Translations under genes and position numbers: made by a program | Notes under the pieces: model-generated | Told to the model about the DNA's origin: nothing | Database searches by the model: none | Seen by the model: only the letters and a program-made list of their open reading frames with translations | Shown: one piece after another, positions 8,936-21,646 of the stretch | How the letters are laid out: each line of letters starts with the position of its first letter | Position numbering within the stretch: the first letter of the stretch is position 1 | Assembly: GCA_008632985.1 (NCBI GenBank) | Contig: QPGO01000101.1 | Coordinates: 1 to 64,000, forward strand | Length of the DNA stretch: 64,000 bases | Direction: 5' to 3' | From: Psammoneis japonica | Lineage: Eukaryota

Positions 8936-11860
8936 TGATCCGCTTGAGCTTCATGAACGAATTCCCTGCTCAAAATTGGGCAGGCTCCTTGGGTGTGGAT
9001 GTTTGCTTTGGCACTTTGTCAACTCCAAGATGCTGACCAGGAGTGACAATGGAAATGGAGGACATGGCGCCAAGACTTCTGCTGCTGCAGTGAAGAAGAT
9101 TTGTGAAGCCATTCGTGATTTCAAACGTTCTGGCAGAGAAGCAAACACTGCCGAGGACGCCAACACTCTTGCGACACCTGAATTAATCCAGGGTCTCATC
9201 AATTCCGAGGAAGGCATCAACAACAACTTCTCCGCAGATGACGTCGAATTGCTTGTGGAAGATCTGGGTTTCCATCAAACAACTTGTCATCACCTGTGGG
9301 ATGAGTCATTTTTAGAGGACGAACATGGTGTTGGTCGAGCGATCTTTGACGAAATGTGTGCGGCTGAGGTTGCTGATGTGTGCAACCCCAACTCTGTCAT
9401 TGCACCCGACATCGATGCTGATCAAGAATTGCAACAAGATCTCTTGTTGGACGAAGCGACATTGGCTCTGGAAATCGCCGAAACTGGTGCAACCCTTCCT
9501 CATGATGCTGATGAGCATGAAGATTTGACTCCCACTCAGCCCGACGATGACACTCAGCCCAAGAAGAAGCGAGTGGCTAAGAAGAAGGCGACCAAGAAAC
9601 CAACCAATGCCAATGACGACACTCTGTCTGACGACGACACTCAGCCCAAGAAGAAGCGAGCGGCCAAGAAGAAGGCGACCAAGAAACCAACCGATGCCGA
9701 TGCCAACACTCTGTCCGATGACGACACTCAGCCCAAGAAGAAGCGAGCGGGCAAGAAGAAGGCGACCAAGAAACCAACTGATGCCGATGACGACACTCTG
9801 TCCGATGACGACACTCAGCCCAAGAAGAAGCGAGCGGACAAGAAGAAGGCGACCAAGAAACCAGCCGATGCCGATGACGACACTCTGTCCGATGACGACA
9901 CTCAGCCCAAGAAGAAGCAAGCGGGCAAGAAGAAGGCGACCAAGAAACCAACCAATGCCGATGACAATGCTCTGTCCGACGACGACACTCAGCCCAAGAA
10001 GAAGCGAGCGGGCAAGAAGAAGGTGACCAAGAAACCAGCCGATGCCAATGACGACACTCTGTCCGACAACGACACTCAGCCCAAGAAGAAGCGAGCGGGC
10101 AAGAAGAAGGCGACCAAGAAACCAACCGATGCCGATGACGACACTCTGTCCAACAACGATGCTCAGCCCAAGAAGAAGCGAGCGGGCAAGAAGAAGCCTT
10201 GTGCCAAACCCAAGTCAAAGGGAGTGGCCTGAGCTGAGCCCAAGTCAAAGTGCATGAACAAGAAAAAGGTTGACAATGCTCTCGCACCCAAGTCCACGAA
10301 ACCAGTTGATCTTGATGCAGTCGATCCCCACAAGACCGAGTTGATTTCAGCCAACCCCTCTCTCAAGAAAGCAAATGACTCTTCGGAATCATCACAGATT
10401 TCTGTGGGAACTGCCAAATCCATTGCTGTGATGGAATGCCCGATGGAATTTGATGACGACTTGTTGGAGAGTGAACCCGAAGAAATTTTCGCACACATCG
10501 AGTCGAGGCGCACGTCCAAGAAACTCATTTCTGTGTCCAAGAAGAACCCCAAATGGAAGCGAGCGGGTGAGAAACCATCCGATCCAGATGCTCAACCGAA
10601 GAAGAAGCGAGCGCCCAAGAAAGGCACCGATCCCAATGATGACACTCAGCCCAAGAAGAAGCGAGCGATCAAAAAACCAATTCCTCAGAAGGCCGAGTTG
10701 AGCACTGCTGCCAAGAAGACCAAGAATTCTGCTGAGAACCCCGTGGCCAAGAGGAAGCATGCTGTGGCCAAGAAACCAGTTGACTCCGATGCCCATGCTG
10801 ATGCCGACACCCATGCCGAGCCCAAGAAGGCTCAGCCCCAGTCAAAGCTCAGGTCGAAGCATGCGAGCAAGAGTGTTCCAGCTTCCAAGAAACTTGTTGA
10901 TTGCGATGACAGTGCTCCGCCCAAGAAGAAGCGAGCTGTTTCAAAGAAGGGTCAACGCAAGCAGTGGTCTCCAAAGGATGCGACCCATTCTTCTCGCTTT
11001 GCTCTTGGTCATGACGATGTAGAGTGTTCCGAGTCCTGTGTGGCAGATGTCCTTTGCGATCGTGACCACTCCGACAAAGACCCTTTTTGTCATTCTGATG
11101 ACTCCAAAGGTTCAAAGGATTGTCAACAAGCCATTTGCACCTCATTGGTGGATGTGTCCAACTCACACAATGCCACGACACCCTTCACTTCCCACAACAT
11201 GGACAATGGATTCATTTCCCTGGAAGCTCCTCATTTGCCGGCTGTCACTCCAGCTACAAATTCATCTGTTTTTCCAGCTGTTTCTGTTGTCTCAGCACAC
11301 GCATCCATGCCTGACACGTCGGAAGATGAAAATGACGAGAACATTCTCCCAGTCCGTCTCACCTCTTTGGAACTGCAAGAGCATGAATTCGAAGAGTGGG
11401 AACGTAAAGACAAGGAGAATCGGAAGAATCCGAACTTTTTCGGATGCAAAAGCGAGAGGTGGAAGAGTCTGGTTGCACATGTCCCAGTCACGACACAAGA
11501 GCAAGAGGTGCTAGAATCTTGTTGCATGCACTTGCCACGAGCAATCGCAAAAGTTGATGAGTTGTCCATTTGTTCAAGAAATTGAGCTGCAATCAGGACA
11601 CTCTGAGACTCACTTTGTTTGTCTGCCCGATTAGACTCATTCGTTGCCATTTGCCTGACAGGCAACAATTCAACAACAGCGTCAGAACATGTGTGTTGCA
11701 CGGATCAAGAACGAAAAAATGGAAAAACCCAACATTGCCGACATGACTAGAAGCGCAAAGCACTGGTGTGGCTGCCCCACTGTCTTGCCGACGCAAATCT
11801 GGCAGTTGTCTTGTGCTGCCCCTCGAGTCAACACCGCGACCTTGGTCCAGTTGCACACTT
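8936..11860 (+). pseudogene. decayed large low-complexity protein gene (Lys/Asp-rich repeats, NLS-like PKKKR motifs), possibly transposon-borne
   Basis: ORFs 8838-10232 and 10254-11585 are in the same frame, separated by TGA. They are essentially Tyr-free and Cys/His-enriched. Confidence 0.5.
9541..10195 (+). repeat. 87-bp coding tandem repeat, about 8 copies (DDDTQPKKKRAGKKKATKKPTDADDDTLS)
   Basis: gacactcagcccaagaagaagcgag recurs every 87 bp. More degenerate copies continue to about 10940. Confidence 0.9.
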
Positions 11861-11866
11861 TGCTTG

Positions 11867-12032
11867 TCTAGCGCACGTAGTGCGCGTTTATTAGACTGTG
11901 CATGCGTGTGCACGTGTGTGAGGTGTAAGTAGAATATACGTGGAATTAATCTAGCGCACGTAGTGCGCGTTTATTAGACTGTGTATGCGTGTGTACGTGT
12001 GTGAGGTGTAAGTAGAATGTACGTAGAATTAA
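11867..12032. repeat. 83-bp tandem duplication containing a GC hairpin (gcgcac-gta-gtgcgc)
   Basis: Copies 11867-11949 and 11950-12032 differ at 4 positions. Confidence 0.9.
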
Positions 12033-13769
12033 CACTGAGTGAATTGACATGCGGTGGATTTTCGGCCGGCACACAATTTACGTGGTCTACATGAAAGATA
12101 AATTTATTCTGGTCTGTGAGGATTTTACATATCATTAACATTTCTTCTGTCTTCAAAATATACATACCCAAATTCAAAAAAGTGAGGAACACCCCGAAAC
12201 ACATTTTAGAATCTGGATAAAAAAAATTTTTATTTAACGGTCCGAACAGGGTCGCCCCGAAGCGCTTCTCGAAATATCTTTAGATTGAATAAGGTAAAAT
12301 ATCTACTGTTGGCAAAACAGAGTCACCATGGGCAAAATAGATCACCGTCCTTCGCGCGCAATGACAGCGGCACGATAACGCACAACAACACCATGGCGAG
12401 CAACGCGAACGCCGTTCACTTGTCTGCCAGCTGGTATTTCCAGATAAGATCAAAGCTGTTGGACAATGTTTATGCACTGCATTCATGGGTCAAGTTGGGT
12501 TCCTTCTCGTTGCTTGTTGTCGTGTCACTTTACAACGTCTTGACCCACGCCGTGTTTTTTGCTCTTTGTTGCTTCTGCTCGATCGCGCGCCACCGAACAG
12601 CTTTTCCTGCAGGGCATGGCTAGTTGCTCATCACATCGAACCCAAACGTGCGCGACCAGCTAGCCCCACCCCGGCTAACTCACAACTTTTGTAAACAACA
12701 GTCATTTTGTCGGCAGGGATTGACAAGATCCAGCTTCCTCCTCGAAAGAACAGCACACCGAGCAACACACTCACCGCTTTTGTGTTTTTGCCGTGACCCG
12801 TGGCATTGCATGCATGCAACACAACAAAATCTTTACCCAAAACATTCTTTCTGGAATGTGGCAGAAGGTCGACAGCCCGTTTTGGGTCCGTCGCCATTCC
12901 CGACTGCGCATTGGCTGCAGATTTGTGGTGCACTCCGTTTTCATTCAACGGCATGTTTTGTGCAGCATGTCCACTGCCTGTGGTGATGTCACCCCTTGGG
13001 TGGTCACCAGCATCTTCCGAATGAGACTTCAACATGTCATCAACCAATCCCTTGATGTCCAACTTGGACAAATGAGGTGCAAAACAATCACGCCAAAAAT
13101 TGCTTTCATGGTCAATGTGTGCAAAGTCGCCAGGGTCAATGTGCGTCCCTTTTGTTCAATTGACAGGAACACCTTGTTTTTTTGCCAGTTTGTTGAGCTT
13201 CCCACGATCAGAGCGGGGATTTTGGCAATGCGGTTCACTGTGTCCGTCCCATGACATGTGCCCCCCAGCTTCCGATGCCTCTAATCTGTTGACAGATTCG
13301 GTCTTCCACTTTTTGGAAAGCAATCCATGTCTTTTCACATTCTCAGGTTTGAACTTGAATGGTGCTTTTGGTTTCTCAAATGCTAAATCTGGTTGTTTTT
13401 CACCTGGCCATCGAGGCCTTGGAGCGTCGCCATGCCATGGAATGCCCTGCACACCCATTTCTTAAAATCTTTGAAGTTCCGCAAGTTGTTTCTGCCCAGT
13501 TTTCACAACGGATCTCACTCAAAGGCAAGACCTCAGCATGACTGTCAATGCAAACTCGTTCTTGTGGGCTCATGTCAAGTTGCTGCAACAAGTTTGCAAT
13601 GCGTTCTAAAGACATTTCACTGATGATGTGCAATCGAGCCAATGCACGTCGACATTCGACATAGTTGGCTGCACGTTGTCGAGCACGTCGACATTCATGT
13701 CTGCTTTCAGCTTGTTCTTCCAACATGTCCTCAATGTGATTTCGTGCACGTCTGTGTTCGGCTTGTTCT

Positions 13770-14386
13770 TCCTCGCCATGATGCACGTCCCAGTCCAGGA
13801 TGAGCATTTTTGAGGCACTTTTCCTGGTCAGCAGAGATTTTGCCACGACCGCCACCGTGTTGATGAGACAACAGCTGCCGCAATGTTCCGCATGGGCATG
13901 ATGCCCGGGGGGTCGTACGAGACAAAAGGAAGTCGCAGCTCTCTTGCCAACAAGTTGATGTGATGCTTCTAGACAAAGACTGATGTTGCAGAGAGCCACC
14001 GACAAAGAGTCTTCACAAAGGTGGACATCTGACTTTCCTTGTGGGATGACAAAGTTGCAGCTCTTTTCTGCTCCACAGACTTGACATGTCTCGAAGTCCT
14101 TTGCGTTTTCGAATGTACACAAAGCGCAGTTCCACGTCTCCATGGCTCTGCATCCGGTGCGGAGCTGCTCCAAATGCTCTGCAGAATGCAAGGCCAGGGC
14201 TTCTGCTTCACTTTTCCATCGAATGGAAAGACTCGTGTCATCTGGAGCATGGCATTGCTGCCATAGACCTTGACTCTGGAGTTCCTGTGCGATGGCCCAA
14301 AGTCGATCGGCACACTCATTCATCTTTCCGTCATGGCGTTCATGGAGAGAATTGCACCCCAGGAGGACACAGGATGAATGCGACAT
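13770..14386 (-). pseudogene. histone deacetylase (class II-like) fragment with a RanBP2-type zinc finger, truncated after DVHHG
   Basis: HERH...E..DRL, WNCALCTFENAKDFETCQVC, VRPPGHHA, ILDWDVHHG. It is then fused to unrelated Arg/Glu repeats. Confidence 0.75.
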
Positions 14387-16688
14387 TTTCTTCGGGGTTC
14401 TAAGGAAGTTTTTGCGGTGTCAGGAAGCATGAACATGGAATGATGCTACCGCATGATGTGCTTCACTCTTCCATTGCAAGTGGAGTGATGCGCGTTTAGA
14501 GTGAGTCTTGGCGCCACCAGAACCCGGACTAAATCCCAGGTTTTTGAACAAGGAAATTGTGCATTCAACCAAGAAATTACTTTTTCACACTGAGCTCACA
14601 GCCGTTGACAGATGATGACACAAACGTCCGTTGAATCATCCACGATGTCTGCACAATGTTGATTGCTGTCATTTCGGTCCTCATTGCATTGCTTCTCAAA
14701 GCGGCAACGGCAGCAGCAGGAGTCATGATGACCATGGTGATGATGGCACTGGGCATTCAAGCCATGCATCTCAAAGCAGCAAAATGGCAGCAGCCAGTGA
14801 GTCATGATGGCCAGGGCAGTGTTGTTGGTGCTGGGCATCAAAGCCGTGCTGACAGCAGCAGGAGCAGAGGAAACAAAAGTGGCAGGAGGAGCATTGTCAT
14901 CAGCAGCAGCTGGAGCACCCACATGATCCACCACAGCTGTGGCGACATTGTTGCTCATTTGCTCTGACGAACTCTCGACGTTGTTGCTCGTTGGCTCTGA
15001 CCAAGCAGCATCTTTGCATTTGATGAGCTGGCCACACCCATGTCCAAGAGCAAAGGCTCTTTTTTCACCTTTGCCCATTCCTTGCAAGTGCCACAATCTG
15101 TCTCAACTGGCTCAACATGGTCCCCCAACTCTGGTGGGAAATTCACACCTTGACACAATGACAAACCAGAGCAAATTGACATGAGAGCTTTGCGCAGATG
15201 TCACTTGAGTGTGTGTGGGTTGGAACTTTTTAGAGCTTCACAAGCTTCTCATCCTTTTCAATGTCAAGTCATGTCACTCAGAGCCACAGCATTTTGTTTG
15301 CAAAACCTGATGACAACTGACTCATGTCTTGCACCCGATGGATTGCCTGTTTGTTGAATGATGTGCCTTGCCACATTGACGACCCCCAAGTTCTCACATG
15401 GTCTGAGTGCTTGTCATCTGGGTCAATCCTGAAGCTTGTTTTTCAGGGGAGAGAGGGTCATGGTGACAGCCTTTGCAGATGTGTTTTGTCATGTCATCAA
15501 CCTTGGCCTCAGCTCCACTGTGCTTCCCTTTTGCAGGCTTCAAAACATGCAAGACAAGCATCATCCATTCCCTCTGAAGAAGGTTTCTTTAGCTCCAAGC
15601 TTTTAAAATGTCTGGTGTGGCATTTTCAATTTCCTCCATGGCACCTGGCTCTGGAGCACAATTTGGAGTTTTGTTTTTGCACTCATGGCATTTCAGCATG
15701 AGGGGGACCCCCAGTTCCCTTGATGAGCATGAAACATCATCATTGGACTCTTTCTGGAACTGCTCAAAGATGTGGATGCTGCTGGCTTCACCAAACCCAA
15801 GGCACTCCAACTTGAGTGAGTTTTCAGATCTGCAATCAGACTCATGTTTTCAGCCTTGTGTGCAGCGAAGGTGTGGGGAGCAGCAAGATCCAACCACCAC
15901 TGTTTGGGATTTCCAGTGTGGGTGTTGCTGCTGCAAGCTCCAATTGCAGACAAGATGGGTGCTCTGCACTTGTTCCCAGCTGTGGTTCATGCAGAGTTCT
16001 TCTTGTGTGGCCAGTCTTGTTGTTGTGCACCTTGTTCTTGTTGCTGCCACACCAAAAACATGGGGTCTTCATGTTCACAACTTTGCACCCACATTTTTCC
16101 AACATTGACAAGGAGGTCCCTGTCAAAAACATCTGGAAAGATGCAAAACACAAGAGTTCCCAAAGGGACCTCAAACTTGCTCTCTGCTTTCTTCATGCCT
16201 GCTGCACTCTGCTTGGCACCTTCTGCAGCTGTGCCAAACATGGCAAGTTGGGCCCGGCCAGCCTGCTTGTGCTTCTCAGCTTAAACTTCCTGCTCTTGGC
16301 AATGCTGTGCACAAAGCCTTGCTGAGGAAAATGCTTCTGTGTGTGCTTGTCCAGTGCCATCCCATCCACTGGTTGTTTTCAAATGAAAAAACATGCCATT
16401 GCCAGAAAACAATGGAAACCAGCCAGACAAAAAGAACCCACCACAACAAAACACATGACAATGATGGCAGCCTCTTGTCTTGGCCCGTTTTTGGCTTTTT
16501 TGCTTGGCCGATGTTTCATTTTCAACACACAAGGGAGTTGCATGCTGTGCATCAACGCACCACATCACTGCATGAGAAACCAGAACTTTTGTTTGTCAGG
16601 GGGGGAATTGAGCATGTTTCATCTGCACCTCACAGTGTGAAACACCCTGCGCCGCAAAAAATGGTTTGCCTTCCATGAGTGTGTCTGG

Positions 16689-17103
16689 TTCATGTCCACA
16701 TCCACATGTGGCGTGGATGTGTCATCTGCTCTTAAAATTTTAATTTTGGGTTTGTTGCTGTCAGAGTTGTTGAGGCATGTCAGCTGCGTCAATGCAGGAA
16801 ATTTGAAAATTTGAAGTGCGGTCTCGCCCCACAATTTTTTTCTTGCCATCAGCCGCAAGAGAGATGTGATCAAGTTGTGCTGTGCAAATGCACTGGACAT
16901 GGCAACCCGACACCACATTCAGCTCTTGCTGTCTGTTTTTTTTTTAAATCACAACATGTCAGAGGAGTCGTCAAAGAAAATGACACCAGAGTGGGGCAGA
17001 GTTTGGAAGCAGATCACTGCCATGTTGCTCATCGTGATCGTCTTGGCCAACGCGTGTGCCATCATTGCCAAGGAAAACAACAATGAACACATCAACACCG
17101 TCC
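16689..17103 (+). repeat. hypermutated direct copy of the promoter and 5' coding end of the gene at 19567 (partner 19289-19738)
   Basis: Colinear alignment, including the shared ttgaaaatttgaagtgcggtctcgcccc. SEESSKKMTPEWGRVWK corresponds to LEESSKKTTTEWGRVWK. Confidence 0.9.
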
Positions 17104-19566
17104 ATGCAGGTTTCTTGGTGAGGTGGGTGGTCTTTGGGTGAGGCTTGAACAAGATTTTGAAGTGCATGGGGGCATTGTCATGGGGTGAAATGACTGGGAC
17201 GGTGGTGGTGCAATGTGGGGCAGCAAGGATGCATTTGATGTCAGCCTCAGTGGCAGTGTGCATGCGGGTGGTGAGGATGCAGTGGGCCTGCATTGGGCAT
17301 TGGTTGATTTCAAGGAGTTGTTGGGTGAGGCAGTCAGCATCGTTGGCATTGGTGGGAAAGGGGGGTGGCACAGCAAAAGGGATGTTGCAGATGGTGAATT
17401 TGCCACACTCTTTGCCGGGTGGGCTGGGGAGCTTGGTGAGTGTGGTCCAAGCAGCATCGGTGGTTGTGCAGATGCAGTGTGCATTTGCTGATGGTCCAGT
17501 GTGGCAACCTTTCCAGTGGGTGGGATGGAGACTGATGCAATTGATGAGCTTTTGCAGGAGCAGAGCTGGGGTTGAACAGAGGTGCCAGGTGGGTCTTGAT
17601 CAGGGAGGAGAGAGTGTGTGCAGCTGTGCAGGCATGTGAGTGGAAATTCCATGGTGCAATGTGTGGGACCGCAGCAGTTGGGGGAGGCACTGGCAAGGAT
17701 GCCACAAGTGGTGTCTGTGAAGTTGTTGGAGGCAGGGATTCAGGGCGCACAACATTCTGCCCATGGCTCCGTGATGGTGTGGCGAATTCCAGGGGGCATG
17801 TGGAGGGGATGTGATGCGGGCATTGGTCATTGCAGGCGAGTTTGTGGAAGTGGTGAGTGGGGCAGCAGCACCAGTTTTGGATGTTGAGGTGGATGGCTTG
17901 TTCTCAGAAAAGTTGGAAATTGAATTGGTTGTTGGCGATGGCTGGGATGAGGGCAATGTTGCGTTGTGAGTGCCAGCTCTTGGTTTTGCGCAGTGTGTTG
18001 CAGTCAACATCAGTGGTGGAGGTGTGTGCTGCACATCCCACAATTTGATGGCAGGAGGCTTGCGTTGGGCATGGTGGGTGAGCGGTTGCGTGATGGTGTG
18101 GCTAATTGCATCGGTGTTGAGTGGGCCTGGTTCCATGGTCAGGTGATTTGCATCAAACATGAACTTGAAAGTGGTGGTTGGCATGGGATTTTTGCTGGTG
18201 GAGTCAGAGGGAGGGTTGTTGGAATCAACTGCAATGGCGGAGGTGTCATCAACAGCGGTGGTTTCAGTGATGCTGCCAGTGTCAGTGTGGTGGTGGTGAC
18301 GGCAGAGCAAGCAGGGGCAGCAGGATCCTCATTGGCGGGGATGGAGTTGGGCTTGGTGGGCGATTGCGAAGTGGTGTCGATGGCTGTGGTGAGGGAAGTG
18401 GTGGCTTGGATGGGAGTTGCATGGGTGTGATTGGGTGTGGCACATTGGCCAGCATCAACAGCAAGACATGGGTTGGCAGGAGTGGTGGTGACACCATTCG
18501 GGTCGGTGTTGGGTTGGGATGACATGGTGTGCAAAGGCAGAAGCAAAAGTGGAGAAGGTGGCAAAGAGAGCAGGCAGTGGTGCAATGAGGGATGAGGGTC
18601 CAGTTTTGTGAGAGAGTGATGTGAGGCAGTGGAGGACAGGTGATGGTGGCGTGTTGTCAAAAGGATGTGGTGATGCATGTGGGTCATTTGGGTTGGCTGG
18701 TTGGCAACATGTGTGTGTCACTGAGGGCAGTTGAAAGTGACTCGTTGGGCATTGGGTGGTGAATGGGTGACAGGAGGTGTGCGCTGAGCATTGGGTGGAG
18801 AATTGTGTGAGCGTTGGACATTTGGTTGGTGACATTGGTGAGATGGGAAGGGCAACAGTGGCAGCGGGCAGAGTGTTCGTTGGTGGAGTCATCAGCAGGG
18901 AGTTGGGCGGCGCATGGGTGGGGCATTTGGAGTTGTGAGCAAGGATGTTGGGGCCACAGGAGGGGCAATTGCAGGGGAGATGGTGTTGGTGGTTGGTGAT
19001 GGGGAGGCGGTGATTTCTAGGAAGGAGCGATGATGAATGGGGGTGGTGACGATTGCGACGATGGTGGTGCAGATGGCTGCCACGAGGCGCGTGGAATGAT
19101 GCGTGCAAAAGCCGAGACTCGGTGGCGGGTCAGGAGGCCATGCCAGGATGCAGGCAGCATTGTCATGGGGGTGGAGAGCCAAGAGAGAGGTCATCGTTGT
19201 TGCGTGCGTTCGATGGTTGCGTTGAACTCGAAAAGTGTTGAGTTGCTCAAGCGGATTGACGTACAGACTTACGGGTGGGTCCCGTTAATTCATGTTATGC
19301 TACATACGGCGTGGACATGTCATCTCCTCTTCAATTTTTTATCTTAGGTTTGTTACTATCAGAGTTGTTGAGATATGTTAGCTACATTAACGTAGAAAAT
19401 TTGAAAATTTGAAGTGCGGTCTCGCCCCATAATTTTTTTTTCTCCGTCAGCCGCCGCAAGAGAGATGTGATCGAGTTATGTTATACACACAATGCTTTGG
19501 ATATAGCAACCCGACACCACGTTACAGCACTGTTGCTCTCGCTGTCTGTTTTTTTCATCAATAAAA

Positions 19567-20829
19567 ATGATGTTAGAGGAGTCGTCGAAGAAAACGACGA
19601 CGGAGTGGGGTAGAGTTTGGAAGCTGATCGCGACCACGTCGCTCATCGCGACCACGTCGCTCATCGCGATCGTCCTGGCCAACGCGTACTACGCCATCAT
19701 CGCCAAGGAAAACGATATTGAACTCGTCAACACCGTCCCGTCGGAAAAGAATGTGCCGAGCCGCAAGACCTTGCCTAAAATCGAAGAGCTCAGGTTCGAA
19801 CTCGCCCGGATCCATCTGGACCTTATGGAATCGGACAGCAGGGATCTCGACCATGCCAAGACCTTGGAAGAACGTCACCTCCTGAGAATCGATCCGTTGT
19901 ACGACTTTATCGACAACGCAATCGACACGGTGGGGATGAAACCTGTGCTTTCGACGCTGTGGCACCACTACAAGCTTCTGGACGCGCTCGAAACAGTTGC
20001 ACACTTCGAAAGGAACCTCACCAAGTTTTTCACTGAGTTCCGCCACAACGAGAACCATCAGCCCCACTTCATCGTGAAGCACGTACCGAACGACCGCGAG
20101 CTGTTTGATTCCCCATCGGATGGGTCACTCTGCTTCGGCTGTCCGTGGTGGATGTTTCATTGGGTAGGTGCGATCGCTGCCGAGAAGATGCTCAAGGACG
20201 GCCGCCTCCGGATTGACGCATACGCAGAAACCGAGAGAACGCATGGAGGCAGACAGGAGGATAAGAAATACCTCAACAGCCTGAAGGAGGTACCAATGGC
20301 CATCATTAAGTGGATGTACGACGATCCATACGCAGAGCTCATGACAAACCACGCCCTTCACGGTTTCATCTGGCAAGCCATGGCCCAAACCATGCCTCAC
20401 ATGGACACCTACCCCACCGAGTTTGCCCAGAGCATGTGCGGTGACCTTTCCAGGGAGTATGGTAACGTGCACTAGGCGGTAGGAGTCAGAGCCACCACTG
20501 AGTGCTGGCACTCGGTTGGCCACGGCATCTTCATGGTGTTGGCTAACCGGCAACTGGAAATCTCGGAGACCACGACGGCTCGGATGCAGTTCCGCCCTGA
20601 GTCCAGCTTCTTCCTGGCCAAGGAGAACGTCTGTCTCGGTGAAACAATCTGTAATCAGCCCCCCAGACTCAGCCTCTTCTCTGGGAAAGATGAATGGAGG
20701 AACGACACACCCGTGAACCACTGTCACAACGCTTTCAGGCACAGCATGCGGCTGTTGGGCCCCCCTTACCTGAACAGCAAGGACAAAAAGCTGCTCATCA
20801 ATAAGCAAGTTGAAGAGTGCAGCCGGTAG
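19567..20829 (+). CDS. membrane-anchored hypothetical protein with HG/CWHxxGHG motifs and one in-frame TAG at 20473-20475 (possible pseudogene)
   Basis: ORFs 19567-20475 and 20533-20829 share a frame. The sequence between reads H*AVGVRATTECWHSVGHGIF. N-terminal TM helix and normal Tyr content. Confidence 0.6.
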
Positions 20830-21646
20830 TCACTGTCTGTAGGCGATAATTCTTATATAGGAGCATACGGGTTGACGGAATATTGGCTTTTCTCTAAAGC
20901 ATACTTCTAGCTAGATAGCAATTCCGATATCATAAAAAGGATGTCATCTTGCTCTAGAGATTGCAACTTAAGTTCTCCAATTTTGAGAGTAAGTCTCTAG
21001 AGCCAGAACATAAAAGCATTCTTTGTTCTTTTTGATCCCCCGCAAGGACGATAAAGACTTGTCGTTCAAGATGAATAGATCAAAGCACTCCATAGTTGTT
21101 GTGACGGCTAGAGTGAACGGCAAGAACACAACCCCTAGTTATGTGCCAATGACCTCACAACGGCAGTTGTGGCTGTGAGAATAGAGAAGAGGCGAACTCT
21201 TTCATGGTCTTTGTATAAAAATGTTGAGAAAGCGGCGACAAGCTTTGACACAAAAGATCTTTCTGGTTCACTAGCCCTGTTGGTTGACAGCAGCAGTGAT
21301 AAACAAAAATATGATAATCAATCTACAACTGCTACAAAATGCTGTTTTGTGTTGTGTGTCTTGGATTTGATTATGCTGGTAACAAACACACATACTTTGA
21401 AGTGAAGCACAACAAAGACGAGACCTGTCCAACTTTTCCGGCCGACAATAGCACGACAAACATTTGGGTACAGCACTGTAACCTACAGCAGCGTGGTGCG
21501 GCAATACCTGGTTGACAGACAATTTGACACTACTAGAATTATTAATCCGCTACCAATACGCACAGATTTGACAAGATGCTGCGCTGGCGGAAACACACGT
21601 TTTTGAGGCCATCGATCCTCTTCTTAAGGATAGTGCGATACTCTTC

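Larger units (their letters stand above)
7650..11860. other. TpA-depleted block
   Basis: TA is rare, CpG is largely retained and ORFs are Tyr-free. Confidence 0.8.
12700..19250. other. TpA-depleted block (CpG also depleted from ~14700)
   Basis: TG/CA-rich, with an abrupt return of TA at ~19260. Confidence 0.85.

Noticed and set aside
8357..10195. Regular repeats resembling a CRISPR array
   Set aside because: They are in-frame coding tandem repeats with no unique spacers, no cas genes and a eukaryotic context.
14596..19250. Many overlapping 100-240 aa ORFs on both strands
   Set aside because: They are Tyr-free, Cys/His/Trp-rich and lack recognisable domains, as expected from stop-codon depletion. 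17100-19250 may be a decayed retroelement leader but I cannot support a call.
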